Assembly: GCA_044440125.1 (NCBI GenBank) | Contig: JBITAJ010000009.1 | Location: 18,952 to 82,951 of the forward strand | DNA from: Sedimentisphaeraceae bacterium JB056 | GTDB lineage: Bacteria > Planctomycetota > Phycisphaerae > Sedimentisphaerales > Sedimentisphaeraceae | Reading direction: 5' to 3' | Length of the DNA stretch: 64,000 nt | Shown: piece by piece, positions 29,469 to 38,823 of the stretch | How positions within the stretch are numbered: position 1 is the first letter of the stretch | Layout: each line of letters starts with the position of its first letter | The notes under the pieces: model-generated | Told to the model about the DNA's origin: nothing | Seen by the model: only the letters and a program-made list of their open reading frames with translations | Database searches by the model: none | Program-made: the position numbers and the translations under genes

Positions 29469-30224
29469 TCAAAATTCAATTTTATCTGCTAACAAAGAAA
29501 GAGAGCCTATAAGCTCATACAGATATTCAAATGAATCCTGCAACTCCATCTTATCGGGCTTCGGCTTCTCATGCTTCCAACCAATCAATTTAGCCAGCGG
29601 CTCAACCTGAAAACCAAACTCATTTGAAGCTGATTCAAGTGTTGATGCGATAAGAGGTTCTCTTTCTTTATCTGAGAGCCAAAGCATAGCACGCAGATAC
29701 GGCAGCAAACCAGATGCACAGCTTGAAAGAATATCAACCAGCTTCACTGGACCTACTTTAGAAGCAACATACCCCTGTCTCAGTCTTATCATATTAGCCT
29801 TGAACTCCCGTTCGCATTGTAAACGAACATCGTTTTTCTCAATCACTAATGACTTGAACGGGCTTTCGCCGTAAATAGTCTTGTGATTCAGTTGGAAGTC
29901 AAGATACTCAACACCAAAAACATCACATGACCGTTCAATATGCGACGGAATCATTATAAGAGGCATGTCAAAATGATTTTTGAAGAGCAACCTACCTAAA
30001 TCACTTATGCCGTTTAAAACATTCATTGTTTCTTCTTTAAACACAAGAACTGTATTTATGTCACTCTTACCTTTTATGTAATCATCTGTAAGAGAACTGC
30101 CTGTTATTGTTATACTTATAAGATTATCGAAGAAATCCGTAATAAGTTTTTCAGATAATTCCTGCATCGGTTTTTTAACAGAATTATTAGGCATATCTTT
30201 AATATCAAGTTTCATCTGTTCCAT
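29469..30224 (-). CDS. Nucleotidyltransferase-fold protein (type often found next to TPM/LemA genes)
   Basis: GS...SDINTVLV NTase-like motif, DVFGVEYLD, RLQCERE. GGAG RBS before the ATG at 30224. Confidence 0.65.
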   Translation of the reverse strand: MEQMKLDIKDMPNNSVKKPMQELSEKLITDFFDNLISITITGSSLTDDYIKGKSDINTVLVFKEETMNVLNGISDLGRLLFKNHFDMPLIMIPSHIERSCDVFGVEYLDFQLNHKTIYGESPFKSLVIEKNDVRLQCEREFKANMIRLRQGYVASKVGPVKLVDILSSCASGLLPYLRAMLWLSDKEREPLIASTLESASNEFGFQVEPLAKLIGWKHEKPKPDKMELQDSFEYLYELIGSLSLLADKIEF

Positions 30225-30248
30225 CTTCAACTCCTTGACAGTTTTAAC

Positions 30249-30283
30249 AAAAAAAAGGGCAGAACCTTTGCGTCTGCCCTTTT
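30249..30283 (-). terminator. Intrinsic terminator
   Basis: AAAAGGGCAGA...TCTGCCCTTTT with a long A-run, downstream of the GLUG gene. Confidence 0.75.
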
Positions 30284-30305
30284 ATAAATTCAATATTCAG
30301 TAAGC

Positions 30306-31511
30306 TCAATCACTTGATACAAGCCATTGGCCTGCAAAGAGAGCAAAATCAGCAAAATCGACAAAATCGTCGCCACCAATCATATCCGCCTGGAGGTCTG
30401 ATCCAGAAGCAAGCCAATCTTCGAGAAAGATCATTAAATCATCAAAATCAACAATCCCACTTTCATCAAAATCTGAATAATCAAAAGCAGCCTGCTCAGA
30501 AATGAATATTCCACCTATATTAGCACCAACAAACATATCAACATTCTGATCGCCGGTTACTATTCCATAAGTGGTTGTCGTAAGTATTTTACCAAACTTA
30601 TTGTAGCCTGCTATACCGCCAACATAATTTCCACCACTGACATCAACATCAGTTGTTGAGCTGAGCAGGTCACCCAAATTGTAACCCGCAATACCTCCGG
30701 TATATAGCGTACCGGCTACAAAACCCGTTGAACTTGAGTTAGAAACAGTACTGTAAGTGTTTAACCCTACAATACCTCCAACTGATTCCTGTCCATTGAT
30801 AGAGACACTGCAACTGCAATAATCAATCACTGACAATTGATCTTGCGCACCTGCAATTCCACCGACAAAATCACCACCGTTCAAAACTACACTCGCAGTA
30901 CAATAATATATGTAACCAGTGCTGCTATGACCTGCAATTCCACCGACTCCGGCTTCACCTGTAACTTCAGTGGTATCAACATTACAATATTTTATCTCAC
31001 CATCATTATAACCCGCTATCCCAGCAACTCCACTTGAGCCGGATATATTGGATCCGCTAACATTACATTTGGCTATCAAACCACTACTGAAACCGGCAAC
31101 CGCTGCAACGTATATAGATTCCTGAGTAGATATTTGTATGTTATCAAGATTCAAATTCCATATCTGTCCCTGATGTCCCTGATAACCAAACACACCTACG
31201 TAATCTTCTCCGATACTGCTTAGGGTAAGATTTGATACAGTGTAATAATCGCCATTAAAATGTCCTTCAAATGGATACCCCGCAGAACCTATAGGTATAT
31301 AACTATCAGAGTAGCCGGAGAGATCGATATCCGCTACCAACTTAAATGACTTAGACATATTAAACGGATCAAGACTTATACAAACCATATCTTCTGCGTT
31401 TGCAATTAGATATGGATCATTCAGTGTGCCTGAACCACCGCTAAAATTGTAAGCAAAGACCGGCGTGCAAATCACTATACAGGCCAAAACCCAAAATAGA
31501 CTTTTGCTCAT
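30306..31511 (-). CDS. Secreted GLUG-motif protein with C-terminal dockerin-like repeats
   Basis: Signal peptide, FSGGSGTLNDPYLI, FEGHFNG, repeated VGGIAG, and C-terminal DFDESGIVDFDDL..FLEDWL / DFVDFADFALFAGQWL. Confidence 0.8.
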   Translation of the reverse strand: MSKSLFWVLACIVICTPVFAYNFSGGSGTLNDPYLIANAEDMVCISLDPFNMSKSFKLVADIDLSGYSDSYIPIGSAGYPFEGHFNGDYYTVSNLTLSSIGEDYVGVFGYQGHQGQIWNLNLDNIQISTQESIYVAAVAGFSSGLIAKCNVSGSNISGSSGVAGIAGYNDGEIKYCNVDTTEVTGEAGVGGIAGHSSTGYIYYCTASVVLNGGDFVGGIAGAQDQLSVIDYCSCSVSINGQESVGGIVGLNTYSTVSNSSSTGFVAGTLYTGGIAGYNLGDLLSSTTDVDVSGGNYVGGIAGYNKFGKILTTTTYGIVTGDQNVDMFVGANIGGIFISEQAAFDYSDFDESGIVDFDDLMIFLEDWLASGSDLQADMIGGDDFVDFADFALFAGQWLVSSD

Positions 31512-31713
31512 AACCTTAAAAACCTTTCTTATAAAAATATAATAATTACGTATAAAACCGTAGTTCTAACCAAAACAACAAGTTATTTTTACAAATTCAA
31601 ACTAATAATACTATACTATTTTAGATTTGACAGTATTATTTTCAAGTTAAAACATTTGTAAAAGTATAAATATTGAATACTTACCCTAATTTTAAGCGAA
31701 ATACTTTTACAAA

Positions 31714-32175
31714 TCAATCCTTAACATCTTCAAATGCCGCGATAGACAGATCTGTAGCATTGCTGTTTGATATCGCTTTTATTACATCAGCATACTGACT
31801 GAACACAAGCTCCTGGTTCATGCGGAGGTTAACTATCGCATTTTCGACATCATCAGTTATATTACTATTTATCAACTCAACTATAGCAGTAATATCAACG
31901 CCATCAGTAATATCCATAACTTCAACACCAACAGCACAATACAACAAATCTTCATCCTCATCAAACCATACGCTGACTGTAACAAACCCGGGTGTTTCCG
32001 TAGCATCGGTTATCGCATTAGTAGCCTCATCAGGCACACGTATAGCAAAATTCTCTGCTGCAATATATCTGCAGACAAACATGAAAAATATTATAAGCAG
32101 CAATACGATGTCGATAATCGGCATCATATTAAAAGTAAAATATCCTTTATGCTCTCTAAGCCTTTTAAGTAGCAT
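31714..32175 (-). CDS. exbD: ExbD/TolR family biopolymer transport protein
   Basis: FNMMPIIDIVLLLIIFFM N-terminal TM motif; coupled to the upstream exbB-like gene. Confidence 0.85.
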   Translation of the reverse strand: MLLKRLREHKGYFTFNMMPIIDIVLLLIIFFMFVCRYIAAENFAIRVPDEATNAITDATETPGFVTVSVWFDEDEDLLYCAVGVEVMDITDGVDITAIVELINSNITDDVENAIVNLRMNQELVFSQYADVIKAISNSNATDLSIAAFEDVKD

Positions 32176-32945
32176 CAGGCATCCTTTTTAACCTGGAGAT
32201 GCTGCAGTAATGTCTCAGCCTCGATAGCCGCTTCACTTGCCAGAGACTCTACCCTGTTTCTAAAGAAACCATAAACCGCCAGAGATGGAATCGCAATTAG
32301 AAGTCCCCAGAATGTAGTAACAAGGGCAATTGATATACCACCCGCAAGTTGATCGGCCTGAGGTTGTCCGCCTGTAACAACAATCGTATTAAATGTCTTA
32401 ATCATACCGTAAACAGTACCGAAAAGCCCGATCATAGGTGAAACATTACCAACAATATTAAGCCATTCAACCCTACGCATAAGCTCCAATGTCTTTTCTT
32501 CAAGACTTTCAGCTGTAATATTCTGAAGGTGAAGATAGCTCTTGGTAGTAGTTATATAGTTCATAGCCCTGGCCATTGCATAACTGAGCATATCACTCCT
32601 GCTGACCAGAGACTCTTTAGCACCGGCAATACTGCTCCTTTGTATTAGATTAAGTATTTCTGTACGACTATTCAACGGCAAAACCTTCTTTCGCCTCAAC
32701 GTAAGTCCACTGTCAATACCTAAATAGCAAGCCACAACAGAAAGGGGCATAAGAACAAACCAGACTATCGGACCACCTGAGACGATAAACTGCCCAAAGA
32801 AACTCCTGTCAGATGACGACGCTAATACACGACCATCTTCCAACACATTTTGGTCGAGAGCATAAATGCTTTCATTCATAAGCAATATTACTACAGCCGC
32901 AACCAAAAATATCGACAACCTAAACCATATAACTCTATTTTTCAA
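32175..32945 (-). CDS. exbB: MotA/TolQ/ExbB proton channel family protein
   Basis: SPMIGLFGTVYGMI, LAGGISIALVTTFWGLLIAIP. Confidence 0.88.
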   Translation of the reverse strand: MKNRVIWFRLSIFLVAAVVILLMNESIYALDQNVLEDGRVLASSSDRSFFGQFIVSGGPIVWFVLMPLSVVACYLGIDSGLTLRRKKVLPLNSRTEILNLIQRSSIAGAKESLVSRSDMLSYAMARAMNYITTTKSYLHLQNITAESLEEKTLELMRRVEWLNIVGNVSPMIGLFGTVYGMIKTFNTIVVTGGQPQADQLAGGISIALVTTFWGLLIAIPSLAVYGFFRNRVESLASEAAIEAETLLQHLQVKKDA

Positions 32946-32946
32946 T

Positions 32947-33885
32947 TCAATTTACCCCACCTGAATACAATGTAAATCTGCCGCCGCTTTTTAAAGCAAT
33001 CTGTTCTAACATGTCGGCATCTCTTTTATTAACCATAAAACCAATCGTATGTATTTTAACTACCGGAGCGTATTGCTCTCTATACTCCTCAACCTGCCGG
33101 GCAAAACCATCATAGTCAAAACCGTCGGTCAGAAAATAGATAACCCCAGGGCTATCACCAATGCTGTCTTTGTATCTTATAGCCTTCTTCAATGCACTAA
33201 AAGCATCAGGCCTTCCGGAAGGCGTACCAATACTATTTATAAATTCAACTGCTCTTTCTTTACCAGTATCACTCGCACGAAGCAGTTTATCAGCTTCAAC
33301 CTCAAAGACCTGCTCACCTCTGAAAACAACAATTCCGTAAAAATTATCTTGCCTGAGTCCATCAATTGATTGCAAAAGATTCTCGGTAACCTGTCCGAAG
33401 AAACCAAGCATACTGCCTGAGCAATCAACTACGAAACAAACCTTCCTGCCGCTCGCAACATTTCCAAAGAAACTAATCGTCTTGCTCTTTGCCTGCGGAC
33501 TTTTGTCCTCAATCTCACCAAGCACACTCCCAGCACTCGCAACTGATGAGCCTATAAGACTATTAACGCTATCTCTGCCGCCATTACCAGCTTCATTACC
33601 GGCACTGCCGCCATCACCAGACTGGCCGACTCCACCTTCTCCGTTATAGATTCCACCTGCCGAAGAGTATCCTCTTTCTTTAATCGAAGGCTTAGGAACA
33701 ACAATACCCGCCTGCTCTATGGCCTCAAGAGTCCTTATGGCTCCCTGAGGAGAGTCAGCAAAAGACTGAAACAACTTTCCTCTGGAAAACTGAACCATTG
33801 CAAATACCACCATCAAAAGCAAATGCAATGACAGCGAAAGCATAAATATGCTCGGCTTGAATTTTTTTTCAGTATTCTCAGCCAT
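32947..33885 (-). CDS. Membrane-anchored VWA-domain protein
   Basis: N-terminal SLSLHLLL TM (TonB-like SxxxH anchor), Gly-rich linker, MIDAS motif VVDCSGSM, FLTDG. Confidence 0.85.
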   Translation of the reverse strand: MAENTEKKFKPSIFMLSLSLHLLLMVVFAMVQFSRGKLFQSFADSPQGAIRTLEAIEQAGIVVPKPSIKERGYSSAGGIYNGEGGVGQSGDGGSAGNEAGNGGRDSVNSLIGSSVASAGSVLGEIEDKSPQAKSKTISFFGNVASGRKVCFVVDCSGSMLGFFGQVTENLLQSIDGLRQDNFYGIVVFRGEQVFEVEADKLLRASDTGKERAVEFINSIGTPSGRPDAFSALKKAIRYKDSIGDSPGVIYFLTDGFDYDGFARQVEEYREQYAPVVKIHTIGFMVNKRDADMLEQIALKSGGRFTLYSGGVN

Positions 33886-35039
33886 TAATCAACTATCTGC
33901 ACCTGAGATTTACCGGGCGTCAACAAGTCGTATACCTCAAGTATATCCTCATCAGCCAATCTAATGCAGCCTCTGCTCCTTCTTTGTCCAATGCTTTCCG
34001 GCTCATTTGTACCGTGAAGAGCGAAACCAGTCCTACCAAGTGCATCCCCGGAAACTCCTTTAAGTCCTACCCAGCGCTTGCCAAGAGGATAATCCGGATC
34101 CGTTGCATCATACGTTCTGTGCGTGTCAGGGTCCGTCCAGCTCGGTGAAACCAGCTTGTCATTACCTACCACCCAAAGTCCTGTCGGCGTCTGATGCTTA
34201 GTACTGCCCAAACCAACTTTATAGCTCTTGACATAAATATCATTAAGGTAAAGATCCATTGTAAAAGTCGATCTTGATATAACCGCGTTAAATGGGCCGT
34301 TAACAACCTTTATAGTCTGCCCAGCTCTCAAGCTCTCAGGACGTATGATTTTATTTATCTTCAGCAAAAATTCCCAAGGGACATCATACTTAGCCCCTAT
34401 TTTACTTAAAAGATCACCGCTTTGAACCCTGTAGTACGAGCAGCATTTATCCTCAGCAAGTACTTTATCACTAAAAAGCCACTGGTCTGATAATTTACCC
34501 AATAGTGATTTGATTTTCAATCTTTGAGGGGAATCCGGATTACGAAGCATCAAAGAATAGAGCATATCTCTTGCGGCAATTATCTTACCACTCCGTGCCA
34601 CATCTGTCGCCTGCTGAATCTTATCAGCAAGTATATCCTCTTCTGTCTTCACAGGTTTTACAGGCTCCGCCGTCTGTTTTGCTGCTTCTGTCACAATCTC
34701 CTCAGTTACGGTTCCAACCGGAAGTTCTGTCTGCGGAATGGTCTGAGTCGGCTTTGAAACAGGCTTAACAGTAGTCGAGATATCCGGCTTTACAATTGCC
34801 CTTGGTGTATGAGAAGTCTCAACCGACCTCAAAGAAGGTTTTACAACTTCCGGCTCTGCAGGCACCTGAGTAACAGGCCTTGACACAGCAGGCTCACTTC
34901 CTGTTGCTTGTTCTTTAGACCAGAATTGACGTACAACTATGTAACCAACGATGATAGTAATCGCTGATATAATGAAAAAAACTAAATTTTTCTTTCTTCT
35001 TTGCCTTGTGCTGTAATTGACGTATCCATGTCGTGCCAT
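33885..35039 (-). CDS. LysM + L,D-transpeptidase (YkuD) protein
   Basis: N-terminal TM, Pro/Thr linker, LysM (YRVQSGDLLSKIG), catalytic ALHGT...SRGCIRL. AGGAG RBS before the ATG at 35039. Confidence 0.9.
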   Translation of the reverse strand: MARHGYVNYSTRQRRKKNLVFFIISAITIIVGYIVVRQFWSKEQATGSEPAVSRPVTQVPAEPEVVKPSLRSVETSHTPRAIVKPDISTTVKPVSKPTQTIPQTELPVGTVTEEIVTEAAKQTAEPVKPVKTEEDILADKIQQATDVARSGKIIAARDMLYSLMLRNPDSPQRLKIKSLLGKLSDQWLFSDKVLAEDKCCSYYRVQSGDLLSKIGAKYDVPWEFLLKINKIIRPESLRAGQTIKVVNGPFNAVISRSTFTMDLYLNDIYVKSYKVGLGSTKHQTPTGLWVVGNDKLVSPSWTDPDTHRTYDATDPDYPLGKRWVGLKGVSGDALGRTGFALHGTNEPESIGQRRSRGCIRLADEDILEVYDLLTPGKSQVQIVD

Positions 35040-35244
35040 TATTAACTCCTGGGTCATGCAAAAGATTGACGACTTAATCAATCCATAATATCATCTATAG
35101 AAACAATTTCGCTACTTTAAAATAGCCTCATTAGGATACCAACATTAAGGCTTCAAGTCAAAAAAAATGTATTTGAAATTGAGTTATAATAGCACTAAGA
35201 TGCAATAAATATAAACTTAAACCTTAAATCAAAAGCATTTGCAG

Positions 35245-36366
35245 TTATCCAAGAGAACCTTTCTTATGAATTCCAGAGTATAACTCATGTATTCTGCGGC
35301 GATAAATGTTTATGTCATATTCTTTTGCAGTTTCAAGACCATTCTCACGAATCTGTTGACTCATCTGAGGAAATTCTAAAAGTTTATGTATTGTTTTGGC
35401 AATTCCTTGCGGCGTATTCTCAAAAACCAGTCCATTATACCCATCTTTCACAACTTCACCAATACCTTCAACACCAGAAGTTATTATAACCCTGCCAAGA
35501 GCCAGAAGCTCAAATATCACCAGAGGACAGGAATCCTGCAAAGAGGGCAATGCTGCAACATCAAAGGCCTGCATAAGCTCGTTGGGCTTGCTGCAGAAAC
35601 CGGTAAAAATGATATTCTTGGAATAACTCGATTCTGATGCTAAATTTTCAAAATCAGACTTATCCCCGCCATCACCGGCAATGACTAACTTTATATCGTA
35701 TTTCTTATGATCAAGCAACTCAAAAGCTTTGATGAGTATATCAATACCTTTGACGTACTTAAGCCTACCAATAAAACCTACAACAAAAGATCCTTCAAGG
35801 TCATAATACTTCCTCCACTTTTGGCGGGCTTGCTTATTCGGGACAAAAAGCGACCTGTCAACTCCATTGCGTATTACAGTTATTTTTTTCTGATCAATCT
35901 TTGCACGAGAGACAAGCATCTTCTTGATATGCCCTGAAACAGCAATAAAACGCGAAACTTTACCTGCGAACAATTTAATAAAGAAACGATATGCCGTATA
36001 ATCAATACCTTTACGCTCTATCGGGCCATGCTCATGGACAACAACCTTGCAAGGATAAAATATTTTAGCCAAAACAGAGAGCATTATCGATTTATGTAAA
36101 TGAGCATGAATAATGTCTATTTGAAGTTTTTTACACAATGATATTAGGTAAAAAAGCTTCCTTATATCATAGTTGGGATACGTATTGTCAAAAACCTGAG
36201 CCTTAAACTTAAACTTATGAGTATCAGGTCTCAAAGTATATATGTAATGCTCAAACTCTGGTGAATCCGTATTAGTAATGTCCCTGAGACAAACCTGCGC
36301 ACCGCCTGTTGACAGTGAATTTATAACATGAAGTATCTTTATAGGTTTCTTTTTATCAGATACCAT
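35245..36366 (-). CDS. Glycosyltransferase family 4
   Basis: ILHVINSLSTGGAQ, DIIHAH, FIGRLKYVKG, LPSLQDSCPLVIFE. Confidence 0.9.
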   Translation of the reverse strand: MVSDKKKPIKILHVINSLSTGGAQVCLRDITNTDSPEFEHYIYTLRPDTHKFKFKAQVFDNTYPNYDIRKLFYLISLCKKLQIDIIHAHLHKSIMLSVLAKIFYPCKVVVHEHGPIERKGIDYTAYRFFIKLFAGKVSRFIAVSGHIKKMLVSRAKIDQKKITVIRNGVDRSLFVPNKQARQKWRKYYDLEGSFVVGFIGRLKYVKGIDILIKAFELLDHKKYDIKLVIAGDGGDKSDFENLASESSYSKNIIFTGFCSKPNELMQAFDVAALPSLQDSCPLVIFELLALGRVIITSGVEGIGEVVKDGYNGLVFENTPQGIAKTIHKLLEFPQMSQQIRENGLETAKEYDINIYRRRIHELYSGIHKKGSLG

Positions 36367-37465
36367 TGCCCACTATCCTCTTGAACTCACTTTTATATAT
36401 CTCAACAATTCCATCTATATCGTGATACTCTTTAACATAACGAAAAGCATTTTCTCCAAATTTTCGGTTAAGTTCCTCGTCTTGCGATAATTGCCGAGCA
36501 AACCCTGTAAACCTATCCCAATCTCCATCAGCACAGAAACCACACTGATATCTGTTGATAAAATCATCAGGATTAACTTTATACGACAGTATGGGAACAG
36601 CTGATTTACCTGCCTGAATAAAGGTATTGGCAAAACCTTCAGACTCGCTCGTATTCACAAAAACACTCGCTTTATCAAAATATTCCTGCACATCTGGATA
36701 CCGAACCCCCTGAATAAATTCAAGATTATCAATCTCCTGAGCCTCTTGAACAAGTTCGTGGTATTTTTCGTCACCAAACGCAGCAGGACATATCATAATA
36801 AATTTTTGAGAGGGAATAGCTTTCGATAATTCCATGAACATCCTGGGATTCTTAAAATCAGCACTTCTTGCAACCCACAAAAAATACCTATTCTCTCTTT
36901 GTACCGCAACCTCTATTCGATGTCCATTAGGTATTACTATTGAATCAACGCCATAAGTTTTCTTTATTACCGCTGCATCGCTTTGATTCTGAGTAAATAA
37001 GATTGAAGCTTTTCTGAAAATATGCTTATATATAAAGGCTGTCAGCTTATTTTTCCTCAAATAAACGCCATCACAATGAGTTGTATGTGCAGTTCTAAGT
37101 ATATATTTTTTTCGATGCCATTTTGAGAACATCCATAAAAGAATCATCCCAGGTGACATTGTCTTCATAAAATAAATATCACTATCAGATTTCCTGAGAG
37201 CGTTCCATATCCTGATCACCGATGAAATAGGATTTTCACCAAATTTGAGGCTCTTTAGCAACCTGACATTCTGAGAAACATAGCCATCTCTCTGCCCATA
37301 ATCTGCAACTACGAAAGTAACTTCGAAGTCAGTATCCGCGGCAAGAGCTGTGCCAAGTAAATACAGGTCAACTTCCGCACCTCCATAAACACCATCACAA
37401 TCAACAGCAAAAAGAGGATAAGCCTTTGGACTCAAGAAGCAAATTTTCAATTTATAATCACTCAC
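36356..37465 (-). CDS. Glycosyltransferase family 4
   Basis: YGGAE, VFVNTSESEGFANTFIQA. The likely GTG start at 37465 overlaps the upstream stop. Confidence 0.85.
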   Translation of the reverse strand: MSDYKLKICFLSPKAYPLFAVDCDGVYGGAEVDLYLLGTALAADTDFEVTFVVADYGQRDGYVSQNVRLLKSLKFGENPISSVIRIWNALRKSDSDIYFMKTMSPGMILLWMFSKWHRKKYILRTAHTTHCDGVYLRKNKLTAFIYKHIFRKASILFTQNQSDAAVIKKTYGVDSIVIPNGHRIEVAVQRENRYFLWVARSADFKNPRMFMELSKAIPSQKFIMICPAAFGDEKYHELVQEAQEIDNLEFIQGVRYPDVQEYFDKASVFVNTSESEGFANTFIQAGKSAVPILSYKVNPDDFINRYQCGFCADGDWDRFTGFARQLSQDEELNRKFGENAFRYVKEYHDIDGIVEIYKSEFKRIVGNGI

Positions 37466-38810
37466 AATTGACCTTGCATATAGTATAAAGAAATTTCCCA
37501 CTTTCACTTCGAGATATATCAGAAACAAAGTCAATATCAATCCGGCACTGTTGCCCCAAAAGCAATCTTGACTGCGTTTTTATCTCTTCAATATCTCCTT
37601 GATCGAACTCGACACCACCTCTTTTTTTGATGTATATAACAACGTAATCCAGCTTCTCTTGTACAATTTGAAATCTTTCAATCCAATCTCTAAAGAAAAG
37701 CCCCTGCACTATAAAATGAGAATGAACCTTGCTTCCATCGGGCTTTATGAAATACCCCAGCGTTCTGCCCTTTACAGCCCCAAGCTTAAATGTATTACGG
37801 CCGCACTGACACTTACTGCCGCCATTAACTCCGACATCACCTATAGAATAACGTAAAAGAGGCATCGCATAATTTTCGAGTGGTGTTACAAGTATCTGCC
37901 CTTCTTGATTTTCAGCTACACTTTTATAATCATCGCCAACAACCTCAACAAAATGGCTCCAGGGAAAGGTATGCAAACCGTTTTTCTCCTTACACTCACA
38001 GGCGATAGCACCTACTTCTCTCGAACCATACTGGTTATATACATTACACCCTAAAGCTTTCTCAATTTTATTTCTTAACTGTTCATTTAGAGGGCCTATT
38101 GTGGATATTATCATTTTTGGGGAATAGAACTTCCTGCCGCTTTTTTCTATATATTCTGCAAGTTCAGCCGCTGCCTCCATGTAGCTCCAGTAACCGCATG
38201 GCTTAAACGAATTGTTTAAAAGACGCAACTTTTCAAGACGCTCCTGGTCAAGATGATAACAATTGAAAAACAGCCTGTTATAAAGAAAATTGATAATCTT
38301 GTCTTTAAGTGTCAGAGAACCGGCAATAATATCTCTGTCACTACCCCATAGCTTTATCTCTTTATCACCTGGGTTCTTTCCAAGTACTCTATTGAAATAT
38401 ATCTTATTAGCAATATTCCAACAGTCATACCTTTTATCCTGATAAAAACTCGCAACTTCTCCAGTCGAACCGCCAGAGGTATTTTCATAACGTCCAGTAC
38501 CGCTATATTTACCCGGTAAAAGAGAGGAATAGTTTTCTCTTATTACTTTCTTTGTCAGCGGCGGGATATTATTGTATCTTTCCAGCTTAACCAAACCACC
38601 TGAAACTACACCAGAATGCTCTAAAACAGTTTTATAATAAGGCACATTTTCATAGCAAAAAGTAATAAGCTTCGTTAATTTTTCTTCCTGCTGGATGCGT
38701 ATATGATCACCAGAGGCGAATTCAGATTCTTTTATATAAGCCAGAGAAGCCGGAACCCCACTGCCTGAAGCTTTCAATAATCCTGAAATTGCCCATTTTC
38801 GCCAGCCCAT
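37458..38810 (-). CDS. Phenylacetate-CoA ligase/CapK-like adenylate-forming enzyme
   Basis: NVPYY, TSGGSTG, NQYGSRE, MPLLRYSIGD, SGK near the C-terminus. Confidence 0.88.
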   Translation of the reverse strand: MGWRKWAISGLLKASGSGVPASLAYIKESEFASGDHIRIQQEEKLTKLITFCYENVPYYKTVLEHSGVVSGGLVKLERYNNIPPLTKKVIRENYSSLLPGKYSGTGRYENTSGGSTGEVASFYQDKRYDCWNIANKIYFNRVLGKNPGDKEIKLWGSDRDIIAGSLTLKDKIINFLYNRLFFNCYHLDQERLEKLRLLNNSFKPCGYWSYMEAAAELAEYIEKSGRKFYSPKMIISTIGPLNEQLRNKIEKALGCNVYNQYGSREVGAIACECKEKNGLHTFPWSHFVEVVGDDYKSVAENQEGQILVTPLENYAMPLLRYSIGDVGVNGGSKCQCGRNTFKLGAVKGRTLGYFIKPDGSKVHSHFIVQGLFFRDWIERFQIVQEKLDYVVIYIKKRGGVEFDQGDIEEIKTQSRLLLGQQCRIDIDFVSDISRSESGKFLYTICKVNCE

Positions 38811-38823
38811 ATTCCATCAATCT

